Source: Yuukianura sp. NJ FZ-2021 (lineage: Eukaryota). From it: DNA of 64,000 bases. Numbering within the stretch: the first letter of the stretch is position 1; each line of letters opens with the position of its first letter. The position numbers were made by a program, and so were the translations under genes. Under the pieces are notes generated by a model. The model made no database searches, was not told the DNA's origin, and saw nothing but the letters and a program-made list of their open reading frames with translations. The stretch lies in NCBI GenBank assembly GCA_046563655.1, contig CM102290.1:3472001-3536000 (forward strand), read 5' to 3'. Positions 1-12,000 of the stretch are shown here, one piece after another.

Positions 1-372
1 TATGGCCTGGTAGCCACAATTACATACAAAATACCTGAACAAATGACGTGTTAACTTTTAGTCTGGTTTTGCGGTTAGATATCCCTGCCTAGTACAAAGA
101 GATATGTGGTGTGCATTAAAAATTTTCAATGCCTGATGTTCAAAAATTTCGAGAATAATATCTCAATGAGATGTAGTCGGATAGTTAATTTTTTTTTAAT
201 ATAGCGAATACGACGACGTATGTATACTGCCGATTTTGAACCAGATTTATTCTCAAGAATTGTCATAAGGAAGTTTGACATATTTTTAACATTTGGTGTT
301 TGCCAATTGAGCCCAATTGATGGTTAGAGTGCCAAGCATTTCTTCCCGTATTTCTTGAATATGTCTGAAGAT

Positions 373-1297
373 TTATTCAACAATTTCATCGAATCTCCAG
401 ATGTAGTCCGTGTTATGCGGATAATCCTCAGCACCGTAGTTTGGGTAGATCTGAACGTAATGTTTTCCAGTTTCAAGAAATTGACTATTCCAAGTCAAAA
501 TTCCCTTGGGGTAATACCTAGCAACGCAAAGTTTATAGTTACTTATTAAATTTTGAATTCATGTTAAATGTCAATACTGACCACATACGAAAGTCATTTA
601 GGAATACTTACTTCTTGCACGAGAGTTGGTAGCGGTCTTTTACTCCTTCTTCCGGTTCAATTTTCCAAAGACATTCGTCACGGTCCTTTCCGCCCGGCAG
701 GTAGTCAGCATTTTTGTCCTGGTCGAGGTGGATACCAACGTAGTTGTGTCTCACTGCTCTCACAACACCATGGTCATGCAACTTGTGCACCAACGTAACG
801 TAACCAGGCTCTTCAGACTGGATCATTTTCCATTGTGCGTCTTTATAGTAGCATCCACCATGGGAGTAGTTAGGTTCATGACCCCCACAAACAATTTGCA
901 AGCATACAGCCGTTTCGTAGCTTGTGTCGTTAATGTAGGCTGTGTTGACAGTCCATGTCAAAATTCCGCCAGCCGCGAGGTTCACGTGGTACCAAGTATT
1001 CGTCTTGAGGTTGGTTCCTTCAATAGGAATTACAGCGCTGTTATCACCAGTGCCTGAGGGTGCTTTTGCTCCTGCCCCAAGATTAACGTTGGTAGTTGTA
1101 CAGCCACTACCACCGGATCCAAGGGTTACGTGGATTGTACCACCGGACGTGGTTGTAGCCGGACCTTTTACAACAATGATTTTTGGTTGGCCAGTGGTCA
1201 TATGTCCTTCCGTAAGTGTGTGAATTTCGCGAGTCTCCGTTGGGACCGTATGAGTGGTGATGGTCGTCTTAGTAGTGGTGGTTTCGCAATGAGACAT
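373..1297 (-). CDS. Uncharacterised ~276-aa protein: Thr/Gly-rich N-terminus plus probable beta-trefoil (lectin/fascin-like) domain; 2 coding exons
   Basis: Exons 1297-612 (ATG, MSHCETTTT...) and 517-373, joined by a GTAAGT..TAG intron in consistent phase 2. Exon 2 reads (K)YYPKGILTWNSQFLETGKHYVQIYPNYGAEDYPHNTDYIWRFDEIVE*. Three ~50-aa pseudo-repeats end in QWKM, LWKI and IWRF, and GILTW occurs twice. The fold is an inference. Confidence 0.75.
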
Positions 1298-3054
1298 CTT
1301 GTTGCTAAGGTTATTTTTACCGAAGTTCAACAAATCCTAACGAGTTTGCTAAAGTGCCTTGAACAAAAAATGCATCTCGGTTTTATATTTTTAGTTATCC
1401 GACAGCGGTGCTTTCCTTGGTTAACCTAAAGAATATAAAAAACATAATTAATTTGGAAGGCAAGGTGATACGTAGCTGCCTGGCAACGAAGTTGCCGCCA
1501 ATATTCAAGTAGTGCCCCCAGGGTACTACTTTCATGGACTTTTGGGAAAGGGGTACTTTTAGTCGGGGGATAATATGTGGGAAGGGGTACTATTTCTCTG
1601 GAGTACTCGGAGGGTGGGGTGCTAAGCACAAGGGACATTCATTGGGAGCGGCGTATTATTTGAAGATTTACGGTACCTGCAAATTACCGGAACAAATGAC
1701 GTTCCAATCTTTAGTCTGGTTTTGGGTAGATTTCCTTACATTATGGATACATTGAAACCAACCACCTTGACTTCTTGACCGCATGCATAGTAACTGGTTT
1801 TGTCATCCTGTGATTAGAATGGGCATGTGACTAGAAACGACAAACCACATAGAGAGTCTTAACAGAGTAATTTCGTGCTGTTGATTACAATTAAATTTAT
1901 TGGTTATAGTAAAGGTAGGTTCACTGATTCAATTGGAAACTTTTTTGCGGGTGGCATGACCAAGACAACCCAAAAAATGAGCTTGACAAAATCAGTGGAG
2001 ATATCTTTATTATAAAAAATTTATTAATTGCGGTCTAAAAAAAAGTCAAGCTGTAGCAGACACGATTTGTGAAAAAGAAAATAGGAGATGTAGGACTCAT
2101 ATTTAACTTGTTTATTTTTTTTTCTATTTGGCACGAAGAAGAAGAAAAATATTTGAGCTGTTTTGTTCGACTAGTTTTTAAAATTTGGACTTCGAATAAT
2201 CGAATCATTGAATAATTCAAGTTGAATTGTTGAACAAATGATGAAAAGTTTCTTACTACAAATTCTGTACAATATTTATTTTATTATGCCATAATTCTTC
2301 CAATTCAAATTACGAAATGAGTTAATAATTAGAAGGAATGTTTGTCGGAATTTGAATGAAAATGGAATTGAAAATTTCAGTTGTACTTTATTTATAAAGA
2401 GGAAATAAAGTTAACGTGTTTTTTAAAAATACAAACCACTTTCGAATGATTTTTTAGCTGTCCTGCCCTATTTCAAAAACATTAATAATTAACTCACGCA
2501 CATTCTAGGCGGGTAACCTAATCCTCACTTTGAAAACATTAACCTAATGAATATAAAAAGTTTGGAAAAACAGACGCATGAGCAAGAAAAATTTAGTATT
2601 TATAAACATAATTACTTCGAATTCACTTTCGAAATTTCGCTCCCACGCCCATTTGTTTTGAATGTGGCTTTTCCAATCTATTCAATTTAAACAGTCATTT
2701 TGAAACACCCCGGTTTTTGAACAATTTTGGGCACATTTTGAACAAACGTTTAGTTATTTAGTTAAAGATTCTTGACGTTTTGTGGTGCTCCGTTTAAAAG
2801 CCTTTAAATTGAAAAACTGAAATTGGATGAAATTTTTTAATGTTTGGTTGTGAATTGCTGCAAATGAGCGTAGTTGTGTGTTGATCTTGTGTGAGTGTGA
2901 ATGGGGTTTTAATTAAGAAATTGGCCATCACTGATAGCAGTAACAAGTTCACTTATGGGAGTAAACATAATTGTACACAATGGAATCAATTAGTTTTGTT
3001 TAGGACTTTGATCACCAAAGTAGAAGTTAGTCCACAGTTTGTTTTCACTTTATG

Positions 3055-3078
3055 TGATGATGATGATGATGATGATGA
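3055..3078. repeat. (TGA)8 microsatellite
   Basis: Read directly: tgatgatgatgatgatgatgatga. Confidence 0.9.
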
Positions 3079-6000
3079 CTCCACGCAGAGCTTAGTGGCG
3101 GGAAAGTTTTAAGTTTAGCTTGGTGCGTAGGTATGGTAGATGAGTTAATTAGGGACTTTGACAAGGTGTCACCAGAGAGTTGACCTGGTCCGGACGTCTG
3201 TCTGTCCAAGTCCAATCCTCTGCTGACACGTTCCTCGTCATTGCTTTAATTCGTACTTTCCGTGATTCGGTTAGGTTCTCAGTGTTAATTAAAAACGTCG
3301 GTAGAAAGTTAGTCCAACATCACTTCATTTTTGCCTGGGCAAACTAGGACTCTGGTCAAAGCCAAAACGCTTACCCAAGGAACCATTTTTTTAAAAAGGG
3401 GTTTTAAGGCTGCCGTGATTCAAATCTGGTCAACGACTAATTGTTAAACTTAGGTTGTGTTTTTTTGTTTTGACATTTTTGTCATTAAGTTCTTGGTTTA
3501 TGACCTATTGACCTTTGTAGTAGGAATTAAGGAAAAGCAGTTCCGCAATGATGGAGACAAGGTTAGGTTATGTAAGACAAGGATCCTTGAGTATGAGTTC
3601 TTTCTGTTTACTTTCTCCTTAACATGAGATGAACAAAGATTTTTTCTGAGTCGTTGGATTCAGCAAACAGGAGGGAAAATCGATCGCTATGTTTTTACCC
3701 ATTTTAGTCACTTTTGGTTTTATTAGTTGATTGAAATCTGTGTTGTTAAAGTTATTTTATTTTTCAGTTTTACGAAAATTGAAAAAGATAGGTCAACAAG
3801 AGGGCGCTTTTGAATCCAATTTCAAAATGATTTTTATTAAAAGTTGAGAATTCAGGAAGTTACGTAAATGAAATAGGAAATGTGAATTACAGTAGCGTAC
3901 TTTCTCCACTGTCGGAAGTCTGAAGGGAGATGACATAGGAAGTTTAGAGATTTGATGAGGAATGATATGAGATTTTTTCTGGACTATTTTTGAGAAAAAG
4001 AACAGTTAAATGCTCCAGCCAACTCGACATTCTTATGAGTTTCTGCGGAACATGTTTCTCTTTCTCTTCCTCTGTTCCCCCCATGTTCCATTTCCAACAA
4101 AAAAAAATTGTCTTGAGGCAAAACGCTTGACTTTTCATTTAAAAAAAAGCGAATTGTTATGAAAAAAAAAATGTCCGGCCACTTACAGCTTATGCTGCTG
4201 TGACATTTGAAATTTAACTCTGAAAATGTAGAACTTGAACTATGTCTAAAGGCAGTTATAATGTTCGTACCCTGTCGTGCGATATTGTAAAATAGCGAAA
4301 TTGTCCATAACAATAGCGTATATAATAAAAGTAAATCACTGCGTCCGAATTCACACAAGAAATAGGTTGCATGGGTTTAATCTTTGCAAATCTTGTTTGA
4401 ATTTGTTAGATCTCACATTCCCATCAGTTTTTTTTTCTGAATTGTACCGACTCATAAGTGGTGCGGCTTATATCAAAATGGCCTTTTTGTTAGAAAAAGA
4501 AAAACGAAAAGTTGTAGCTATGTTGGACGTGATGACGAATATTTCCTGCTCAGTCAGCAACTACGATTAGAAAACTCTGTTAGCCATTTAGAACAAAAAA
4601 AAAAGCCCTTCCGGCTCGCTAGAGACACTTATTCGCCTAATACTACTCAAGGAAGCACAGCATTCCTTTTGCTGACTCTGTCAGAACCTAACCTTACTTT
4701 CACCAATACACCCAAAGTCAAGGAACGAACGGATCCTACGACACAAAGTTAATTACGCTCTGAATTTTACTAAACTTTCTATCTTTTCTTCAACCCTCTT
4801 CTTTTCGTCTTTTGCTGCCTTGTCGAGCAAGGACAAACATTTGGAACGACATCGTAATGGCACAAGAAAACAGGCCATTCCGCCCTTGTTGAAGTTTCCA
4901 TCGTTTTTTCTCTTTCTTTTTCATGGAAAGCAAAGGGAAATGAACACAAAAGTCAAAAGACAATGACACCCAACTGCTACAACACAGCCAGTAGTTCTAA
5001 CTACAACACTGTCGTTCCTTATGTAGGCTCTATAGCACCCACCCCTTCCCAAACTCGTTTGACAAACAATTTCCGTTTGTCTTTATTTTTATTACGGGAC
5101 CAATTCTAAGCAAAAGTCTCTGTCCTAATCACCAATTGGCTCAAAATGGCCTCTTTCCACTAACTTTCTACTCTGACTCTCAAGCTTTCACTCCTTTCAT
5201 TTTAGATGGCAGGGTTACACGGTAGGTGGGCATTTTGAAACGAGGGGTTTTTAATTTTTTTTTTTAATGTGAAGCAAAACTTCTTATTAGTAAGGAACCA
5301 TCTTTTCTATTGTTCTGGACAAACCATAATTGAGCAGATAAAGTTTGGTGCTAGAAATAAGAAATAGGCCGGAAAATTCTGTAAGGTTCTTTAAGTTCCT
5401 TTTACCCGTGGCTATTAGCCTAGGCGGGCCAAAGCGTAGTCTGTTTTTTTTTTGTGAGGCAAAATATTTGCACGGATCTAGACGGGTGAAATGGACACGA
5501 AACTTAGACTGCTTGTCCTAATTTTTAGTAGTTGAGACTAAAAATAAAGCAGTAAAATTTGAGTTCTGTAGTTGAGGAGTTGAAACGTTGGCTGGACAGT
5601 AAGTAAGTCCTATGGACTATGTACTACTTTCTTAGTTGGCGTGTGGGTTTAGTCTAGCACGCAATCATCTAATTTAGAACCCACCCAAGACATAAAGGTC
5701 GTCCCACCACCCACCCCCTCTTGGTGGATTTCCTCGTGTGGAGGTGGGTTTGGTTTATACTGGTGCTGGAGATAAGGCTTGGGCTTTCTTCATTCACTCT
5801 TACTTAACTTTGCCACTTTTCTTGAGTGGGAAAAATTAAGCATGGTATGGGTGCTTTATGACCCTACGTTATGTATAGACCACCCTATGTGATGTGTAGG
5901 GAGGGTTTTACAAGCCTCAGACTTTCTTTTGCTTCGTTTCACTAACGTAAGCTCCCCGAATTGAAACTTTCAACTGACCAAAGTCTACATTTCTCTTATC

Positions 6001-9000
6001 CACGATCAGTTTAGGGTACATTTTATCAATTACGAACCATACTACCCGCCCTGTTTTAATCCTCTCTGTGTTCTCGGATCTCATGACTTGATCAACATCA
6101 ATCTAGGTCACACGGATTTCCTTTAAAGAAGCCAAGAAACAATAAATTTCTGTCGTTTTTGGAGTGTTGAGCAAATGGCGGGAAAAGTACATATCTCGTC
6201 GCTACAGGAAACGAAGCGGAAAATGAGAGACAAATAAGAGAAAGGTTTCGGAAGTTTGGTTGACATGCTCACGTTCGTTTGTTTGGATTCTTATAGAACG
6301 GCGCCAGAAAGGCTAAAAACACTTTGGCAGGTACAAATGTTTTATTGGTCTGCTGTCGTTTTCAGAGTTCAGAGGCAAAAAACAGCATTTGATAACCGTG
6401 GCAGAAGCTATTTGTAGCGTTTCAATTTTCCAGTTTGGTCATCACAGGAAGGGTAGGCATAACCTAACCTGAAAGGCGAAGGGAGAGATGACAGGGATTT
6501 CATTTGCAGAGATTCACATTCCGCTTGTCAAAATAGTTTTCTCGTTGTTTGGACTATTTACGGTGTTTATGAAAGCAAAATCTAAGGGGAGGAACTCGCT
6601 TTCTGCTTGTTTTTTGATTTTAGTCAAAATTTAATTAGACGGCGTATAAATCATGCTGGGAAGGTTTGGCTTTCTCCCTTTTTCCCAAAAACCGCTCGGA
6701 ATCCAACCGTTTTCCTTTTAGTATCAAAGCTTCCGAATTCCCCGAATTTCTACAGAAAGCAGGGAGAGTTCGTTTTTTTGTAATCTGTGTTATCGAGGAC
6801 GACCTCTGCTGGAGCTACTGCGCACTAGACTACGGCTCACGCTGCGACTTTTTTGTGTAGATTTGGAGTTTGCCAAGGATTTTCGGATTTTGGGTTTGAC
6901 AAGCCACTGTTGCAGCCACACACTATACCTTCTTTTTGCAAGTCAAAAAGCTTTCTGAACAACATTAAAGCTTTCTGATACTCTACTCATCGTCCAGCTA
7001 GTGACAGATTTTAATCCGAAATTGAACATTTGAAGTGGTCGCCCGGGTTCTCATTTATCACCAGCCCTAAGCACACCCCGTGTTATGTACTCCCCTTTAT
7101 CTGAGCCCCCCAAGTGGCGGGAAGGGTGCGGGGGACTTAGAGGATGTCCTTTGAAGGCATTCAAATTAATTTCAAAAGGCGGGAATTCAGCAATGTATAG
7201 GGACGTCCCCAGGTACTCAAGTATTCAAGTGGCACAATGAATATTTGAGAGATCTTTTGAAATGGAAAGAGTGTGGAGGAGATGAGATCCACTTTTCCGT
7301 TTTGGGTTTGGCGGAAATATGACGATGAGTCAATTAATCTGATATTAATTATGAAATATGAGATGAGGAGAGTGGTGTGGAACGGAGTTGATTGGCAAGT
7401 TCCCGCTATCAAGTTTTCGAAAATTGTATAATTTTTCCATGAAATTTTTATTAAAATGGAAACGGGAGAAGGAAGTTTTAGAGATTGGTAATTTTTAAAA
7501 GTCGAGTTGATGTGGACTGCTGATTCAGCTGTGCGTTGCTTGTTACCTTTTTTTTTAATTTTCTGGATATTGGCGCCTGCGTGAAACTCAATCAGCGCCG
7601 CGGTTATATTTGACGGATGAACCAGCAGTGGCGCATCTATTGCGGAAATCAGTTAGCCCATAATTTAAGTTTGGCGGTGTTGAAGCATTGGAAGGTTTGA
7701 GCTAGTGGTCGTGGATTGCATCTGTTGCCATGGATAAAGCCAGTGCCGTTTTGAGCGTCTTTCGTTCATTGGGCAGAGATTAAGGTCTCTCCTGGTCCTG
7801 CAAGGGAGACTCAGCTGCTTTTTATGAACTCCATATTTTTGATGAGGCTCAGAAATATTTTACGGCCTTTCTCGACTCATCCCGCTCATCCATTTCAAAT
7901 TTCCCGCCTGCCGTTGCTCATTTCTTTCTGGAGGACTCCATGATGGCAATTTTTGACATTATTTGTTCACTATGTCTCGAAGACCAAGCGGTGGCCAGTC
8001 GCTGGTAGGCAGCAAAAAAAAATGTGATGAGTGGCTTGTGAATTGTGGTCTAAGAAAATAGACACGGTCAAGTGAAATTAGAGGGTTAGAGTAGAACCGA
8101 GTCTAACCTAACTGAAGAAGTTGACCTAAATGGTAATAGAACTTAATTAGAAAAAAGGACAAAGGAGTTGGAAACTTTATCTGCTTCTGCGCCTTAGCTA
8201 AACAGTTTTATTTTCTTTGTGCCATGAGCGCTTGCCAGAGCTAACGCTTACTCCTCAGCTAAAGACACAATCAAGTTCCTTTATCGCCAAAATTTCTAAA
8301 AAGTCTCAAGGACCACAGTCTAATTTTCCGTAGGGTCGAAATTAATGGCTTCCTGTTCCTAAGCTCCAGTGACTGTAGTAACCAGGCGGATGCTGGAAGT
8401 TGGGGATAGCATTTTGGAGAAAACTTTTGTGTCAGATCCTATTTTCCTTTGAGGCTAGTTCAGAAAAGTACAACAAAACCTGAAGGCCGGGAGAGAATAA
8501 GCTTTCGTAGCCACCTAAAATTCTTCCTCAATTGCCGAATATTGAAACACAAAAGGGAAAATGAATTATGGGAATTCTACGTGTGCTTCTTCTAGCCAGG
8601 AAGGTAAAACTGAAGAAAGGCCGGAAGTTCCTAGACCTACTTGCTATTCCCCTAACCCTACCTTATTCTACCCACGTAACTATACCAGTTTGAGCCATAA
8701 TTCTGGAAGACTTCGAACAATCTTTAGCACAAGTCGAACAATTCCAGTTACTATGGATTTCTGATCCAACAGAATCTTATGGAATCTAGGTTTCGCCATA
8801 GGGTTTGAAAGGCTGAGGTGCAAGATTCGTTGCAAAGCAGTTAATCCTTCTTAAGAACAACGGATTGTAATTACGTTTAGCTCAAGTTCAGTTTTTTTTT
8901 TCGAAAATACTGACAGTTTTACAAGAAAAAGGTTTCCAGAATTACGCGAACTTTTGTTTTGGGATTTTGGAGAAAGTTTGTTGGGATCAGAGGTGAAAGT

Positions 9001-12000
9001 GCTTGGGCGTTCTTTTGTGTTTTCTTTAAACTCGAAGGCAATGCTGTGAAAGTTGTTTGTTTTGTGCTATTTCAGTTGGGGAAAGTATTGAAAATATATT
9101 TAGTAAGAAAAGTATTGAACATTCATTGTAATTAGGTCTAATAAAAGTCAATTTAGTTCAGTCGATTATCCCCTGAACAAAGTCGCTATTGATTCCCATA
9201 TTTTATACTTTGGTTTGCTACGGTTTCCAGTAAAAGCGGAAAAGCTAAATGCGACTTTCTAGTTACACAAAAACTTTGTTTGGGATGTTGCTTTTTGTTT
9301 GCGGCAGAAAGCAGTCGTTTTTTTTTTCGGAGAATTCAGAATGCTCTTGATGCATCACATGGTTAACTAAGATAGATTTCACAAAAAGAAAATTCTTTTC
9401 ACTTGGCGTAGCTTTTTTTTTAATATTTGCTTTCGCTTGTTATAAATTCTCCCTGATTATAAATGAGAATTTGCTTTACGAATGAAAAATTTTGAGATAA
9501 CGTTGCTTACGAATTTTAGAATCTCAATCGTTCGCTCTGAAACTTCTTTGTTGTTGTTAATTCGCTTTCAATTTTCAGCGCTGTTCGTGTTCACAGTTTT
9601 TCGCCTGCAAGTTTACTCATTTCAAACATTTTTACAATTTTTTCAAGAGGTGTATTTTCAAGTTTTTGTGAAGTATTGCTAAAATGTAAAAACTTGCGTT
9701 ACATCGCATGCGAAACTTGTGAAGATTTGTGAGTTGATGTGAATGGATGAAGTGGAAGACTATGACGCCGTCCGCGATGTCGCCGTCGGAGTTAGACATT
9801 TTTATTTTATGGGACTGTAGCCTAACCCTTGACCTCGTCAAGGACCCTGCTGGGGAAATGCCACAGCAGCGGGAAAGTTGATGTTTGCATTTAAATTAAA
9901 GTGTAGGGAAGATGGAGGGAGATTGATATGAACAGACAAGACGAACGGTAGTAGTGGTGGTGGCTCCGACCCACCCTGCTCCACCACCAAACGCAGACCT
10001 TTCTCGTTCTATCCGATTTAGAGCTTCTAAACGTCAAATAATGTGGAAGATTCAAGCTCAAAATAAATTATGCAGGATTTGAAAAAGGAGGGAAGGCAGA
10101 AGGAAGCGGGAGTTTTGAAGAAAAAATTTTGTTTTTCCTTCTGCCCAAATGTATCTTATTCCTTTTTTGCTGCCTAGAAGTCTCCTGGGAGCAGAAGAAT
10201 TTTCTGCACTTGGTTACCTGGAAAAGTGAAAGCTAAGAGCAACACCTTTCAAATCACTAGGGAAATTTTGAAGCAGCTTGATCTTCAGGCAGCGTACACC
10301 ATAGGCCGGTCCAGCATTATTTTCTAACCTCAAACTTAACAGTAGTGACTATTCTCTGGAGGGAAGTTTTACATTTTGAAAAAAACCAACGTCAAAAAAG
10401 TTGACGGGTGAAGAAAAGTGTTTATAATTCAGTGAGGCCGTGTTTAAGTTTAAAGAGCTTAAGTAAGCTTTTCTAGTAGCTCCTGCTTTTCACTTTGTAG
10501 TCCACCCACCCCCTTGTCAGGTTTGTAGCAAAAGGTTTTTAAAAGCTTCAAGTCAACTTAAAGCACAGCTTCACTTCAAAATTTCAACAAAAAGAAGTTT
10601 TTCGCTCAGAGACTTCCGTTTTTTTTCTTTGTTTGGACGTGGGATTTGGTAAAGTGGGTTTTTGGATTTGTCATTTCCCTTCTCCTTCATCATCAGTCAC
10701 GACTACTGGAGATGGTAGTCTCAGGATGGAGTGTTCTGCTAACCCGCAAGAAAATGAAGGATGGCTTATACTGTAGTAAAGTTCAACCAAAGTGAAAATG
10801 GGCACCACCAATTGGATTTGAACCCACCGCCAGCACCAACATCGGTGGCGCTCAATTCGACTTAGAGTCCCGCTTCTCCCCGAAAACTCCCATTGCGTGA
10901 GTTGTCAAAAAGTTTCCGGCTAATCTCTCTCCCTGTTGTATGCCTCTCTACTTTAGCGTTTCGTTATTTTTTTTTCTTCTTTGTTGAGTTGCAATAGTTT
11001 GAGTTCCACTTTCAGTAGCGTGACACCTCCAATTTCCCGCCATTGCTCAAACTGTTTCTTATTTCTGGTCATTCATAGTAATATTCCAAAGGGAATGCAG
11101 GAGTAGGTTCAAAGTCCCACTTGTCCCTTTGGCCAAAGATGGACACGCCAGAAAAAGATCACGAAGTCCAGGCGTGTAATGCGGAGTCCCACCGATGTTA
11201 GTCAACTTTCCACAGTCCCACCGTGGCCCCAACTTTCTCCAACTTTTATTCCCCGGGAAAATTGAAACTGCGGGACGAGGAAACACTGAACATGGTGTTT
11301 GAGCTTCGGCGGTAGAGTCTGTGTACGGGCATTGGGAAATTCAAAGTCACCAAATAAAAGACGCCTCATCTTCTGAGCCTAATAATGTCAACTCAGGAGG
11401 GAAATATAAATCTTGGCAGTACTAAAAATGTCGGTCGGAGTAGTTAGTACATGATGTGAGCCTTCCCTTTTCCACTAGTGTTGGACTTTACGATCACGTC
11501 GAACAGTATCACTGTATAACAGTGTAGCATCCACCACTTTTCCTAGAAGGTCAGGATCGGTCGTAATTTGACAGGGATGGACAATGGTCATTGTGGTCAA
11601 CGGGCACTGACCGAAGAAGGATGAAGCACGCGCTCAGATTTGAAGTTCAAATTAAACTGTTTCGTTGTTTTAGTGTCTCTTTTAGGTGTAAATGATAGAA
11701 AGTGAGCTCGCAGCATTTGAATTTCACTTCCAAGTGCCTTCAGTTGCATTAAAACGCTGTACTAGTACTAATAAAGGTGTTGAAGTATAGAAGTTAGTGC
11801 TTGGCTAAACTGAGCTTTATGATTTTGCTGTTTAAAAAATTTTTAATTAAGAAAATGAATGTTGGAAAAGCAATTCACTCCGTCCAGTTTTACTAACGAA
11901 CTGCTTTAGGCATTTTGAAATCTTTAATCTGGAAAGTTATTTTAGACTTTTTAATAAAAGTTTTAGGCTTTTGAAAATTATAGGCTCTGAGCTGTGAGAG

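Noticed and set aside
626..1429. Plus-strand ORFs overlapping the trefoil gene
   Set aside because: Antisense shadows of a real coding sequence.
7797..8008. ~70-codon stop-free stretch on + (SCKGDSAAFYELHIF…VASRW*)
   Set aside because: No convincing start or acceptor, and no similarity to the TMTC3 N-terminus. Compatible with chance.
10811..10835. Pol III B-box-like motif (GGTTCAAATCC on the minus strand); similar motif near 16795-16810
   Set aside because: No A-box or cloverleaf could be built, so not called a tRNA or SINE.
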